Source: Octopus vulgaris
Lineage: Eukaryota
Direction of reading: 5' to 3'
Length of the DNA stretch: 64,000 nt
Assembly: GCA_951406725.2 (NCBI GenBank)
Contig: OX597823.1
Span: 90,334,001-90,398,000, forward strand
The position numbers were made by a program, and so were the translations under genes. Below are positions 39,323 through 54,611 of this stretch, piece after piece; positions within the stretch are counted from its first letter, which is position 1, and every line of letters starts with the position of its first letter. Under the pieces are notes generated by a model. That model was given only the letters and a program-made list of their open reading frames with translations, had not been told where the DNA came from and ran no database searches.

Positions 39323-41293
39323 TATTAGAAAGGATTAAGAGGTAAAAAATGGAGAGAGAATGATATATACATATGAGTGAAATATATATTTATGTATAGT
39401 TGAAATTTACAGAAAAACAAAAGATGAAGACAGGTGTATTAGTTTGACATATACATATATATATATATATACCTTATATAAACAGGGTACATTTAGCTAT
39501 TTCTCTATAGATTGAAAAAGTTTTGAACCTTACTGAGTTTTTTTATCAAAAGCATCAACAACAATCCGACCAATTCCAGAGAGACAGGCAGCCAATCTCT
39601 GTTTATATAATTAACAATTACACTTGGCTACAGAAAACTGGAAAAACTAATTTGCATAATGTGTATGTGTTTAACGCTTTGTTTAATGTCAAGGGCCTGT
39701 ATGTATGTGTGTGTATGTGTGTCCATATGCACACACACATATACATATATACAAATAGATAAATAAATATGTGTGTGTATTCATAAAAACATACACACAT
39801 GCACACAGAGATGTATAAAGAAAATTCTGTCTCATTAAACGCCAATCTGGAACCAAACTATAAAATCAAATCTCAGCCATGAACCAAAGAAACATTATTA
39901 AAATAAGAAAATATGGAAGAAGTAAAAGAAAATGAAGACCAATTCTTTCTTTTATTTTATTTTTATATTTTTATTTTTCCAGTCTAGAATTTAGTATGGA
40001 ATTCATAACTTGGAGAAAAATGGTTTTGAATATTGATAGAATTATCAGAGTACTTGTATTTTTAGTAATAATACCAAGATATCTAAAAATAATAATGGTA
40101 ATGTAATTGTTAAGAGTTATGAATTGTGACAGTTACTGGAGGTTTTCTTGATAGAATTGGTAGATAACAGAATTCTTGGAGATGGTTTTATTAATGGAAG
40201 AAATAATTAATAGTTAAAAGTTTGGAAATTTTAGTAAAAGTTCTTAAGCTGAAGACAAATATTGGAACCACCGTTTCAAACAAAAGACTATTTATTTGTT
40301 TTTATTTTTTACTCGCTTTAGTCAGTGACCTGTGGCCATGCTGGGGTATCACCTTGGAGGGTCTTAATCAAACTATTTGACTTAAATACTTAACTTTTTT
40401 TTTATGCATAGTACTTTTACAGTTGGTCTCCTTTGCTGTAACTGCTGAGTTGTGGGGATGTAAACAAAACAACACTGGTTATCAAGTGGTGGTGGCGCTA
40501 GGGTCAAACACACTCATATGTCTAAATATGAAACTGGCAATCCATCAGTTATGACGACGAGGGTTCCAGTTGATCCACACAACGGAACAGCCTGTTTGTG
40601 AAATTATTGTGCAAGTGGCTGAGTACTCCACAGACATGTGGACCCTTAACATAGTTATCAGGGAGATTGAGCACAACACAGAATGTGACAAGGCTGGCCC
40701 CCTTTGAATTACAGGTACAACTGATTTTTTCCAGTTGAGTACATCGGTGTGGCACCTTGGGCAAGAGTCTTCTACTATAGCTTCGGGCTGACCAAAGCTT
40801 TGTGAGTGGATTTGGTAGACAGAAACTGAAAGAAGCCGGTCGTATATATGTATGTGTGTATATGTTTGTGTGTCTGTGTTTGTCCCCCCAACATCGCTTG
40901 ACAACCGATGCTGATGTGTTTACGTCCCCGTAACTTAGTGGTTCGGCAAAGGAGACCAATAGAATAAGTACTACTTGGCTTACAAAGAATAAGTCCTGGG
41001 GTCGATTTGCTCGACTAAAGGCAGTGCTCCAGCATGGCCACAGTCAAAATGACTGAAACAAGTAAAAGAGTAAGTGAAGACAGTGTGTTAGAGTCGTGAA
41101 TGTTACAACACTGGTACACACTGGTTTACACCCGTCACTGTCTCCACAGCAAGAATAAATTGCTCTGGAACCATTTCTACTGCCAGAATGTTTTGGATTT
41201 CTAGTTTTAGTTAAATCCTATTAACATTTTATTTGAAGATTCATTAGGTAAGTCTTTATTTTTGGTTTCATTGTTGCATGTAGGAATCATTGC

Positions 41294-41325
<32 letters not shown>

Positions 41326-41852
41326 GAGAAGGGAGATGATGTCAGTAGACTGAAGTAGCATGCAATATATTCTATAGAACCAGGAATGTGTTGTAGGAAA
41401 GGAAAACCATGTTATTCAATGAATTCAAATCAGATTTGAACAAAGCGGAATTATTGGTTAGCTTTTAATCTTGTGTCATTTAGAGTCGGTGGTGCCGGCA
41501 GGAGATGAGAGCAGTACGAAGAGTAAAAAAGTACAAAAAAAAAATAAATATAAAAACAAAAGAAAAAGCCTCTCCCCCTCCCCAAAAAAATCAAGAAATA
41601 AATAAAAGAAAGCTCCCTCCCCGTCCCTGTGTGATTATAACTGGAATATATGCGAGTTGGATAGATTTAACATTCTTCTAAGTTTCATACCTTATGAATA
41701 ACATTAAATAAAAGATTAAGAATAGCAAGGCCTATACATGGATATGTGTGTGTGTGAGAGAGAGAGGGAGAGTATGTGTTTGTGTGTGTATATACACCTC
41801 AATATATATATATATATATATATGTGCATGTGTGTGTGTATATTTATATATT

Positions 41853-41899
<47 letters not shown>

Positions 41900-42354
41900 C
41901 GTGTGTGTTTGTGTGTGTGTGTATGATTGTCTGCAAACAAAAGAAGTTCTTTCATTCAAGCTGCACAAATTACCAGTTCCACATGCAAGCAAATTCCGAA
42001 GAATTTGCCGAGAGAAACTTCCTCCACAGCCTTCTTCTAATACAATAAAGCAGCCATATTTTTGTCTTGTAAACATGAATGCATTTAATCTTCAATCATG
42101 ACTTCAACATGCTCCTAATTCTAATCCTTGAAATGGTTTAAGCCAAGGAGGAATTTGTTGTTGTTGTTGTTGTTGTATAACCCCTGGTCTATGATCAAAG
42201 CCATCACTATAGTAGATCTACGACAATGTTGCCTAATGTGGTCTTCCAGATTTAAGACGGTTGTTTGGAATCTGAGGGTGATTGCAACTATTTCAACCAA
42301 GCATATAATGGTAATCTTTTTATTGTACTTAACATCAATGTATTATAAAGCACC

Positions 42355-43345
42355 ATAATATTGCAGTATTCACTCAGAGAAAGTCTCAGGAGTATTATTT
42401 GTAGCAGACAGGAAATATCCAGCAGTATTGGTGGAACTGTTGTATCCCATGATTTCGACATTTTGTACCTCATCAGCAACAGGCATCTGTTAACACTGCA
42501 TGTTGGCCAACTCCCCCTTCCACTGATGTATAGAGAACCAGTGATTGGATTGGAAGCACTCCGTCGGTTACGACGACGAGGGTTCCGGTTGATCTGATCA
42601 ACGGAACAGCCTGCTCGTGAAATTAACGTGTAAGTGGCTGAGCACTCCACAGACACGTGTACCCTTAACGTAGTTCTCGAGGATATTCAGCGTGACACAG
42701 AGAGTGACAAGGCCGGCCCTTTGAAATACAGGTACAACAGAAACAGGAATTAAGAGTGAGAGAAAGTTGTGGTGAAAGAGTACAGCAGGGATCACCACCA
42801 TCCCTGCTGGAGCCTCGTGGAGCTTTAGGTGTTTTCGCTCAATAAACACTCACAATGCTCGGTCTGGGAATCAAAACCGCGATCCTACGACCGCGAGTCT
42901 GCTGCCCTAAACACTGGGCCATTGCGCGTCCACTACCAGTAACTAGTCAGTCGCTGGGGTCACAAAGAATTAGCAAACTAGTGAAACATTAGATGTTAGT
43001 GATAAAGGTGGTGTTATTACAACGTAGAATCCTTTATATCCAACTTAATGTGGATATATTATACAGGTACTGTAATACTGCAGTATTCACCCTGAGCAAG
43101 TCTAAGGAGAATTTGTAGCAGATGAGAAATATCCAGCAGCAGTGGTGGAACTGTTGTATCACATGATTTCAACATTTTGTACCTTATCAGCAACAGGCAT
43201 CTACTAACACCACATGCTTGCCAAATCCCCCTTCCACTGATATATAGAGAACCAGCGACTATTCACTATTCAGATGTTAGTGATGGAAGCACTATTAGTA
43301 CCAGTTAACCATCTTCATAATATCCTAATACAGTACTTGCCCTGA
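42355..43345. repeat. Diverged tandem duplication (about 190-bp well-aligned core at 42355-42544 and 43074-43258) split by a SINE
   Basis: Shared gaaatatccagcag...ggtggaactgttgtatc.catgatttc.acattttgtacct.atcagcaacaggcatct...ccccttccactgat.tatagagaaccag. Confidence 0.85.
42552..42933 (-). mobile_element. SINE family B, young full-length copy
   Basis: CpG-rich and near-identical to 46555-46914. Confidence 0.9.
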
Positions 43346-43534
43346 GAAGGTCTCTTGAATAGGTGTCTGGTGCATAAAAGAACAAATGCATCAATTGCAG
43401 AAGAGAAATGTCCAGTCCTTTGTTAGCAGTTTGTCTGCCATGAAGTTTCCCCTCATGGTTCCAACTGTTTTACCGTTCTTCATATTGCTGGAATAAATAT
43501 CTATCATGCTATCTCTTTTCATCTCTTCTTTATA

Positions 43535-43955
43535 GGTGCAGGAGTGGCTGTGTGGTAAGTAGCTTGCTTACCAGCCGCATGGCTCCGGGTTTGGTCCTAC
43601 TGCGTGGCACCTTGGGCAAGTGTCTTCTACTATAACCTTGGGCCAATCAAAGCCTTGTGAGTGGATTTGGTAGATGGAAACTGAAAGAAGCCAGTCATAT
43701 ATATATATATATGTATGTATGTGTGTGTATGTGTGTGTATATATGTTTGTGTGTCTCTGTTTGTCCTTGCCACCATCGCTTGACAACTGATGCTGGTGTG
43801 TTTATGTTCCCGTAACTTAGTGGTTTGGCAAAAGAGACCGATAGAATAAGTACTAGGCTTACAAAGAATAAGTCCTGGGGTCGATTTGCTCGACTAAAGG
43901 TTGTGCTCCAGCATGGCCATTGTCAAATGAGTGAAACAATTAAAAGAGTAAAGAG
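43535..43955 (+). mobile_element. SINE family A, full-length copy
   Basis: Colinear with 20666-21080. Confidence 0.9.
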
Positions 43956-44092
43956 AAATTCTCCTCTCAGATTTGCATGTTTATTGCACCATCCTTTTTT
44001 TTTTAAAGTCCTGTAATAAAACACAGTAGGTTGGGCCTCCAACAAGGCCTTTCTGTGGTACCCTTAAAGCCAGGAACCTATCGTCACTCCCT

Positions 44093-44148
<56 letters not shown>

Positions 44149-45113
44149 CTTTTTTTTACTCTTTTACTCTTTTACTTGTTTCAGTCATGTGACTGTGGCC
44201 ATACTGGAGCACCGCCTTTAGTCGAGCAAATCGACCCCAGGACTTATTCTATTGGTCTCTTTTGCTGAACCGCTAAGTGACGGGGACGTAAACACCAGCA
44301 TCGGTTGTCAAGCGATGTTGGAGGGGACAAACACAGACACACAAACATATACACACACACTTATATATATACACATATATACGACAGGCTTCTTTCAGTT
44401 TCCGTCTACCAAATCCACTCACAAGGCTTTAGTCGGCCCGAGGCTATAGTAGAAGACACTTGCCCATACAAATATAAATTTCTAATCTCCTTACTCATCT
44501 ATAAAGGGAATGTCTCTGAGACCTCTTTTACTTATATTTTCAAATAACCATTGTAGCCTTTAGTTTTAGTTAATACCTAGCTGGACTCGCATCTCTCTTT
44601 TTCTCATAAGGAAATATATGAATCTCCGAGATCCTATTCTGCTTTTTCCTTTCTCAAGTTCTTTGTAAAAAATGTTGTATATACTTCTTGCACTGAAGAG
44701 TACAGTGATATATAATTAATTTAATAAATTTAATTTAATTCAATTCAACTATGAATTTGCATAATTTTTATATCTCTGTACAAAACGATGATCTGCATGA
44801 ATTAAAATTCTCTTATATATTTTAACATCTTCTCTTCTCTATTTTTAACAGAATTGTTGTGTTTTATGGGATTTCTTTCCATAAATTCACAACACATCGT
44901 ATACGAGTATTTTCATATCCGCAAATTTAATGCCTGTAAATTACAAGCTAAATATGAAGAACCAATATTAGAAATCTTTTTTGGAAACCTCCAAATTAAA
45001 GGACAAATCTAATTCAACCTTTATGCACATATATACGAAAAAAACAAAAGACGAAGACAGGTGGTGTACAAAACAAACAGATGTATTAGTATAACGCTCA
45101 GGAATAGAAAAAG

Positions 45114-45151
45114 TCTTTTACGTTTCGAGCCTACACTCTTCTACAGAAAGG
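45114..45151 (-). ncRNA. Minimal hammerhead-like motif (CUGUAGA variant)
   Basis: cttt CTGTAGA a GAGT gtag GCTC GAAAC GTA aaag, with stem I cttt/aaag. Same family as 8126-8163. Confidence 0.6.
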
Positions 45152-45783
45152 GACACAGAAAGAAACAAGAAGAGCAAAAATATATATGAATATATATATA
45201 TATATATATATGCACAAACCCATTCACACATACTACAAGTGTGGTGCCCCAACATGGTCCATTATTCCAAGAGACTCTGTCCCAGAATTGCTTTTACTAA
45301 TAAATTCAGTGTGTTATGAACAGACGTATTTGTCATAAAGGGAAAAGTATTCTCTTGTGATTAAACCCAACAACGATAAACATATTCCTGTGCAAATCTG
45401 CCAGAACATATTTAGAATACATAAGGAAAACATTAATTTATTTATATGTTCTTTAAAAGCAGGGACTTGATCCTTATAACCATGATGAGTGAACCATTGG
45501 GTGTTGGCCGTTGCCACAGAATAAAACAGCTCATATTTAAACAATGTATATTTCTTCTTCTTCTTATTATTATTGTTTCATAAATAACTTCTCTGTATGA
45601 CAAGACATTGTGTTGTTGGAAGTTTCTGGTAACATGGAGCTACGTAATTCAATATTGGGTTTTGTTTAAAAAAACAGGAAGAATGGTGGCTCTGTGTATG
45701 CATATATATATATATATATATATAACACTCTATTCACATATATATATTTATATAACACTCTATGCATACATACATACATACAT

Positions 45784-45816
<33 letters not shown>

Positions 45817-46325
45817 AAACACTCTATATATGTATATATATATATAAACATACATAGATGCATACACACACATATATATCATATATACATATTTAGCATA
45901 TATGGACATACATAAAACATATACACACATATATATATAGCATATATACATATATACATGCACACGTATATATAGCATACATACATACACACACACACAC
46001 ATATAAACAACACAGATCCCTGATATAAGAAGTGCTCTGGCCATTACTAGTGAACAACACTCATAGAACCCAATAGAATTCTAAAAGCAGGAATAAGTCA
46101 GAAATATCCTGACCTTTAAGGCCATTTCTTTGGAGTGGACACTTCCTAGAGTGGTTCTTCTTAACAATCTCTTTCACTAACAAAAGAAACCAAAGATAGT
46201 TTGAAGCGGGGTGGATGCTGGGATGCTGGGGATGCGGGGATGAGACGGATGTAAACTTACATGGCTGTTGGTGTTGTCTTTTGTTTGTTTTCTGTGTTTG
46301 TGTATTGTTTGTTTTATTACATTAT

Positions 46326-46369
<44 letters not shown>

Positions 46370-46554
46370 CATGTTTGCATGTAGGGTAATTATATTATGA
46401 ATGTGTGTGAACTGTAGTGTGTATGCGTGTATGGATGCGTGGTAATTATGTATGAACGTGTGTGTGTGTTTGTCTGAGTGTGCTTTATGTTTAAATGCAT
46501 GTATGCATGTGTTTGTGTGTGCACAAGTGTTTGTATTGTAGCGTATGCATATGT

Positions 46555-46914
46555 GGAGGCGCAATGGCCCAGTGGTTAGGATCGCGGTTTCGATTCCCAG
46601 ACCGGGCGTTGTGAGTGTTTATTGAGCGAAAACACCTAAAACTCCACGAGGCTCCGTCAGGGGATGGTGGTGATCCCTGCTGTACTCTTTCACCACAACT
46701 TTCTCTCACTCTTACTTCCGGTTTCTGTTGTACCTGTATTTCAAAGGGCCGGCCTTGTCACTCTCTGTGTCATGCTGAATATCCCCAAGAACTACGTTAA
46801 GGGTACACGTATCTGTGGAGTGCTCAGCCACTTACACGTTAATTTCACGAGCAGGCTGTTCCGTTGATTCGGATCAACTGGAACCCTCGTCGTCGTAACC
46901 GACGGAGTGCTTCC
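46555..46914 (+). mobile_element. SINE family B (small deletion in head)
   Basis: Matches 3140-3523 and 42552-42933. Confidence 0.9.
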
Positions 46915-49900
46915 ATGCATATGTAGTTGTGAGATTATGTGCAGGCACAGGAGTGGCTATGTGGTAAGAAGCTTGCTTCCCATCCCAATGGTTCTGGGTT
47001 CAGTCCTACTGCATGGCACCTTGGGCAAGTGTCTTCTACTATAGCCTCAGGTGAACCAAAGCCTTGTGAGTGGATTTGGTAGACAGAAACTGTAAGAAGC
47101 CCATTATACATACATACATGCATACATACATACATACATACATAAAAGAGTGTATGTTTTTATATCACAAAAGAGGTGACCTTTAACAGGACACCTTAAA
47201 TGCTAGAAAGGGCAGTTAAAGCCCAAACCATGAATAAGAGTAATTTCAAAAGGAATGAAAAATAAAAATACTTCTATAGTTACTCTTAGACACGAGTTTC
47301 TGCATCAATGTGCAAATAAAATAATTTGCCATCCGTGCATCTTCAGTAAGGGCACTAAAATTAATGCATATTCATGTAGCACCGAAAATGCATGTGCTAC
47401 ATACTTATACATTATAATTTTTCAAATCCACCGTGCAAGCACAGTCACATTCAGCAGTAAATAATAATAAAAAAATAAAAAAACTGCGTAGAGAAGGGAG
47501 GCTGTTATGCATGGACAACTGCTGGTCTTCCATAAACAACCTTGCCCAGACTTGTGCCTCAGAGGGTAACTTTCTAGGCGCAATCCCATGGTCATTCCTG
47601 AAGGGGTCAAAACAACAACTATATGTATATATATATATATATATATTGCTGCATGGAAGGTGTTTTGTTTCAGCACATGATCTCAGATCGAGTCACTTGC
47701 TATGCAGGTACATCTCTGTAATATATATATGTTTGTATGTATGTATGTATGTATGCAAGTATGTATGTATTTGTGTGTCTGTACTTGTCTCCCCACCATC
47801 ACTTGGCAATTGATGTTGGTGTGTTTATCCTCATAACTTAGCAGTTCGGCAAAAGAGACCGATAGAATAAGTACTAGGCTTACAAAGAATAAATCCTGGG
47901 GTCGATTTGTTCGACTAAAGGTGGTGCTCCAGCATGGCCACATTCAAATAACTGAAACAAGTAAAAGAGTATGGTAATTCTTTATAAGTGTGTGTGTGTG
48001 TGCATGTGTGTGCGTGCGTGTGAGTGTGTATATATGCATGGTAATTATGAATGTATGTGTTTGTGTGTGTACTGTATGTGTGTTTATATATATGTGTGCA
48101 TATCTCAGTACGTGTGAGTGTGTGCTAACAAACATGCATGTGTCTGTAAATGTATGTAGTATGCATCCTAGCGTGTGTGTGTGTGTGTGTTAGACTGTGT
48201 ATTTTTAATGTGTTTATGTACCTGAATCTATATGTGTGGCTGCTTATATGTGGCTGGCTTATGTATGAATATGTATATACATAGACAGATATACGTATGT
48301 TTGTGTGTGTTAGTACATGTACATACATGTGACATGCTTACAGGTGTGTGTGTATGGCACATGTTTGTATGTATGCATTAGTATGTGTGAGTCAGTTTTT
48401 GTATGTGTGTATGCTTGTATATGAGTATATGAGTGTGTGTTCACAAAGTTATACTGACAAATACTCACATGCATACACATGTTTCTGTATACACACACAC
48501 ACAAATATAAGCCAGATGCATAGAAGCATACACATGCACATAAACATACACACACTGATGTACACATGCAAACCCATACAAACGGCTGCCTGCGTGTACG
48601 TGTGTGAGCATGTGTGAGCACATGGGCAACGTGTGTGGCATGTTCACCTTCAGGGAATTTCCTAAGAAATGCTTGGACAGATAAGATATCTTGTTATCTA
48701 AACATCCTCACAGTTGCTGGACCACAACCAAATTTATGATGAAAGAAGAACAAATAGCCAGCTATATTAATTTGCATCTCAACTGGTTGTTGTTACTGCT
48801 GCTGTTGCTGTTGTCGTTGTTTAGGCTTTGGTCAGTCTTGACCAAGCATGGCCATAAGTAAAGGCAGTCCTATTATGACCATCTCATTTTATCTATTTAT
48901 CAACATCAAAATAAATATCAAATGGAAATTGTAGTTCTGATATCTAAGCCGGTGGCATGTAAAAAGCACCATCCGAATGTGGGCAGTGCCAGCATCGTCT
49001 TGACTGGCTCCTGTGCCAGTGGCACGTAAAAGGCACCAACCGATCGTGGCTGCTGCCAGCCTTCTCTGGCACGTAAAAAGCACCCACTACACTCATGGAG
49101 TGGTTGGTGTTAGGAAGGGCATCCAGTGTAGAAACACTGCCAGATCAGACTGGAGCCTGGTGCAGCCTCATGGCTTCCCAGACCCCAGTTGAACCGTCCA
49201 ACCTGTGCTAGCACAGAAAATGAACATTAAATGATGATGATGATGATCTATTTAATTTTTTCAGACATAGCATGTCTAAGACAGTGGAGGCACATGGCCT
49301 AGTGGTTAGAGCAGTGGAGTCACAGTCGAGGGATCGCGGGTTTGAATCTCAGACCGGGTGATGTGTGCGTTTATGAGTGAAATGCCTAAGCTCCACGCAG
49401 CTCTGGCAGAAGGTAATGGCGAACTTCTGCTGACTCTTTTGCCACAACTTTCTCTCACTCTTACCTCCTGCATCTTGCAGCTCACCTGCAACGGACCGGC
49501 ATCCTGTCCAGGTGGGGAACCTATACACCAAGTAAACTGGGAAACTGGCCCTTATGAGCCAGGCATGGCTCAAGAAGGAAGAAACAAGAATATCTGAGAC
49601 ATCATCCAATGTCTTCTTTTTCAAAGAGTGAGCCAAAAATCATAGCCTGATTGCATATTGCAACCTGCAGGCAAAATCTGGTGGCTTCAACTGTTACACT
49701 AACTTCAGTTCTATATTTTGTGATTTTGGCCCACACTATACAGGGTGGTGCAAAAGTAAGCTGGTGCTCCAGTATGGCCTCAGTCTAATGACTGAAACAA
49801 GTAAAAGATGAAAGAGATAGATAGATAGATGGATGGAAATATAGATGGATTGATGGATGGGTGGGTGGATAGAAGTACAGGTATGTCAAATACCATACAA

Positions 49901-50713
49901 CAGAAATTCTTGATTTGTTAAAATCATGTCCACTCTTAAGAGGATGTACCAAAAGTACCGAATGCTAATTGATAATCTCAAGATTTAGGAATTCTCCAAA
50001 GCTGACGTTCCATTAAGGAAAAGAACAGGCTTATTGTGTGGAGAATAGAGGACTATTGTGGACATGCTTCTGGCTCAATAGTTGTCATCAGCACAGCAGT
50101 TGTCCAACCCTATCTGTAGTAGCCGAAGGAATTAGACTAATAAAAAAAGTGTGTGTGTGTGCTGGTGCCATGAAAAGAGCATCCAGTACACTCTGTAAAG
50201 TGGTTGGCATTAGGAAGGGCATCCAGCTATAGAAACTTTACTAGAGCAAACATTAGAGCCCAATGCAGCCCTTAGGTTAATCAGACCCTGTTGTCAAACC
50301 ATCCAGCCCTGCATAGAAAGGGGAACGTTACATAATGAAGATAATATATATAGGCACAGGTGTGGCTGTGTGGTAAGAAGCTTGCTTCCCAACCACATGG
50401 TTCCGGGTTCAGTCTCACTGCGTGGCACCTTCGACAAATGTCTTCTACTATAGTCTTGGGCCAACCAAAGCCTTGTGAGTGGATTTGGTAGACTGAAACT
50501 GATGTATATGTATATGTTTGTGTTTGTGTGTTTGTCTTCCTATCATTGCTTGACAACCGATGTTTGTGTTTATGTCCCTGTAACTTAGTGGTTCAGCAAA
50601 AGAGAACAATAGAATAAGTAGTAGGTTTACAAAGAATAAGTCCTGGGGTCGATTTGTTCAACTAAAAGTGGTGCTCCAGCATGGCCACAGTCAAATGACT
50701 GAAACAAAAAAAA

Positions 50714-51518
<805 letters not shown>

Positions 51519-52223
51519 GACATTCTTTCAGTTTCCATCTACTGAATCCACTCATAAGGCTTTGGCTGGCCTAGTTCTTTAGTAGAAAACATTTGCCCAA
51601 GGTGTCATACAGTGGGACAGAACCTGAAACCTTGGGAAGCAAATTTCTTAACCACACGGCCATGCTTGTGCCTCACATAAATCTATACAGGTTCCAGACA
51701 TTGAAAAAAATAAAAAACAAAATATGTAAAACAAAAGAATAAAGCTGTATAAAAACAATAAAAAAGAACTTATATTTTGAATCACTTTAATTTGAAACAA
51801 ATTTTTTTTCCATTACCCAATATTGAATATATTTCCTTTGGAAGACTTTAACCAAATATTCTCATTTCACTGAGAGTAAATATATTTCTAGATATTATGA
51901 TGCCATTAATAAAGAGCTGAAATGGTTCAGTTGAGCTGGTGTTAGACTGAAGGTCTAAAGGTTGTTGGGGGGCACTGTCTGTTTTGGTATTGGAATTAAT
52001 AATAATCGAAATATTCATAGTTTCACTTATTTATTTTTATTTAGAGAGGGTTACAGAAAGGGAAAGTTTTATTCAATTACATATATACATATTGTCACGT
52101 AATCCTCATTATAATATCTCTCTCCTCTCCTTCTCTCTTTCTCGCTCTATATATACATACATACATACATATATATATACACACACATTCTTTACTCTCT
52201 TCAAGGTGAAGGAGGAAAAAGTA

Positions 52224-52326
<103 letters not shown>

Positions 52327-53144
52327 GTGTGTGTGCATGGAAGTTCCTTTAGCCTTTAAATAATATATTTCCATTTTGTATTGTTTTCTTTTTTATATAT
52401 CTTTATATTTCTATCTATTTTAAATAATACTATCTTTGCTATTTTGCGGTGACTATCTTTTGAGATGCATAAATACACATACATGTGCACACGTGTGTGT
52501 ATGTGTACGTGTGTATACATATTGTCTCATTCTCTATGTTGGCATAATATGCATTATAGCAACAATCAGTCACCAAATCTTTGAAACAGCTGTAAAGATC
52601 TACCTTAATCTTATAATATGTGTATGTGTAACATCTCATATACCTGAATTCCTGCCATTGCTAATTGTTTGTCCATCTTTTGTAGCTACATATACTGCTT
52701 TATATATATTTTTAAAAATCTCATTATCAAAAGATTAGAGTATATTCCTTGTCTTAAAAGTGGCCTCAAATAAGGAATCAATTAGGTCCTCTTGGAACTG
52801 ACTCAGATATGCCTCTGAACCCTCTGAGTCATACTATTATCTATGAAATTTTAAAGTTATTTAAAGTTAAGGGATTATTTGGAATACCTGTTAAAGTCTA
52901 GAAATGATGCCAAAACCAAAATTTATGCAGAAGTCTCTCTGCACAGATCTGTTCATCTACTTACAGATCAGTCACCATCTCACCGTTGTTAAGGTCAGCT
53001 ACACCCACCACACACATGTACACACATACACATACATGCACACATACACATTCAATCACACACACACACACTCACATATGCACATACACACACTCACACA
53101 TATACGTGTACACAGAGAGAACCATATTGAAGCGGTATTTGAAT

Positions 53145-53563
53145 TAAGGCAGCGAGCTGGCAGAATCATTAGCACGCCAGACGAAGTGCTTAGTGGTATT
53201 TCGTCTGCTGCTATGTTCTAAGTTCAAATTCTGCTGAGGTCAACTTTGCCTTTCATTCTTTTGGGGTCGATTAAATAAGTACCAGTTACGCACTGGGGTC
53301 GATGAAATCAACTTAATCTGTTTGTCTGTCCTTGTTTGTTCTCTCTGTGTTTAGCCCCTTGTGGGTAGTAAAGAAATAGGTATTTCGTCTGCTGCTATGT
53401 TGTGAGTTCAAATTCTGCCGAGGTCAACTTTGCCTTACATCCTTTCGGGGTCGATAAAATAAGTACCAGTTACGCACTGGGGTCGATGAAATCGACTTAA
53501 TCCGTTTTTCTGTCCTTGTTTGTCCTCTCTGTGTTTAGCCCCTTGTGGGTAGTAAAGAAATAA
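53145..53563 (+). mobile_element. SINE family C with tandemly duplicated body and 10-bp TSD
   Basis: One head followed by two units of about 185 bp joined at gaaatag|gtatttcg. TSD gtatttgaat at 53135-53144 and 53564-53573. Confidence 0.9.
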
Positions 53564-54027
53564 GTATTTGAATCATTCAGTATATAACACAGGGTGCAGC
53601 AAAAGACCCCTCTTAGATGCACCATTCCTGATAGACATAAATCTGGGAGTTCTTTTTTTTTGCTGCATCTCTACATTTAATGTGTGTCTGTATGAGAGAG
53701 TCCCCTGACTGTTTTGAGACAAACGAAAGGCCTACATAGGCCTGATCTCTTTTAGTCGATCCTTCAAATAACAGAAAGACATCACAGTCATTGACATTGT
53801 ATTTGGTAGCAGAGGTGTTATTGGTGGTGCTTGTGGCATCCACGTTGGTGATGGTGGGAGTGGTAATGTCATCGTCATCGTCTTCATTATTATCATCATC
53901 ATCATCACCACCATCAATAACATTGTGCATAATAAGAAATAATTGAACATTCTATATGACCTACCACCCACCCCCACTGCATCAATATTACTACTATTCT
54001 CCCTACTCGCTCACCCACATTGCTTGT

Positions 54028-54072
<45 letters not shown>

Positions 54073-54435
54073 TCTCTCTTTAAACCACTTCAAGACACAC
54101 AGACACACACATGGACACCAGCACTCAAACACACAAACATAAATACAATGATAGACACACACACACACACACACACAGAATTGACACATACACATATGGA
54201 CACAATGACACACATAAGACACAATCACACACACACACACACACGCATGCACTGCTTGCATCTATCTCGAAGCTGCTTCCAGACATTCTCTTTTCCTCAC
54301 CTTTGTTGGTTTGACCCTTCACCCAATGTCCAGTTGGTGCCACATCACAGACTCCATTCAAACTCAATATACTTTCCCTCTGGTGTCACTACAAAATCAT
54401 TCTTACACAGAAATCATTATTTTATGTCTCCGTCC

Positions 54436-54478
<43 letters not shown>

Positions 54479-54571
54479 ACAATGGATGTTGAATGTCCAA
54501 ATTAAATTCCAGCAATGCAAGAAATATTGTATTTAATAAAGTGTAAGGCACTCACATACCTTTCTTTTCTT

Positions 54572-54611
<40 letters not shown>

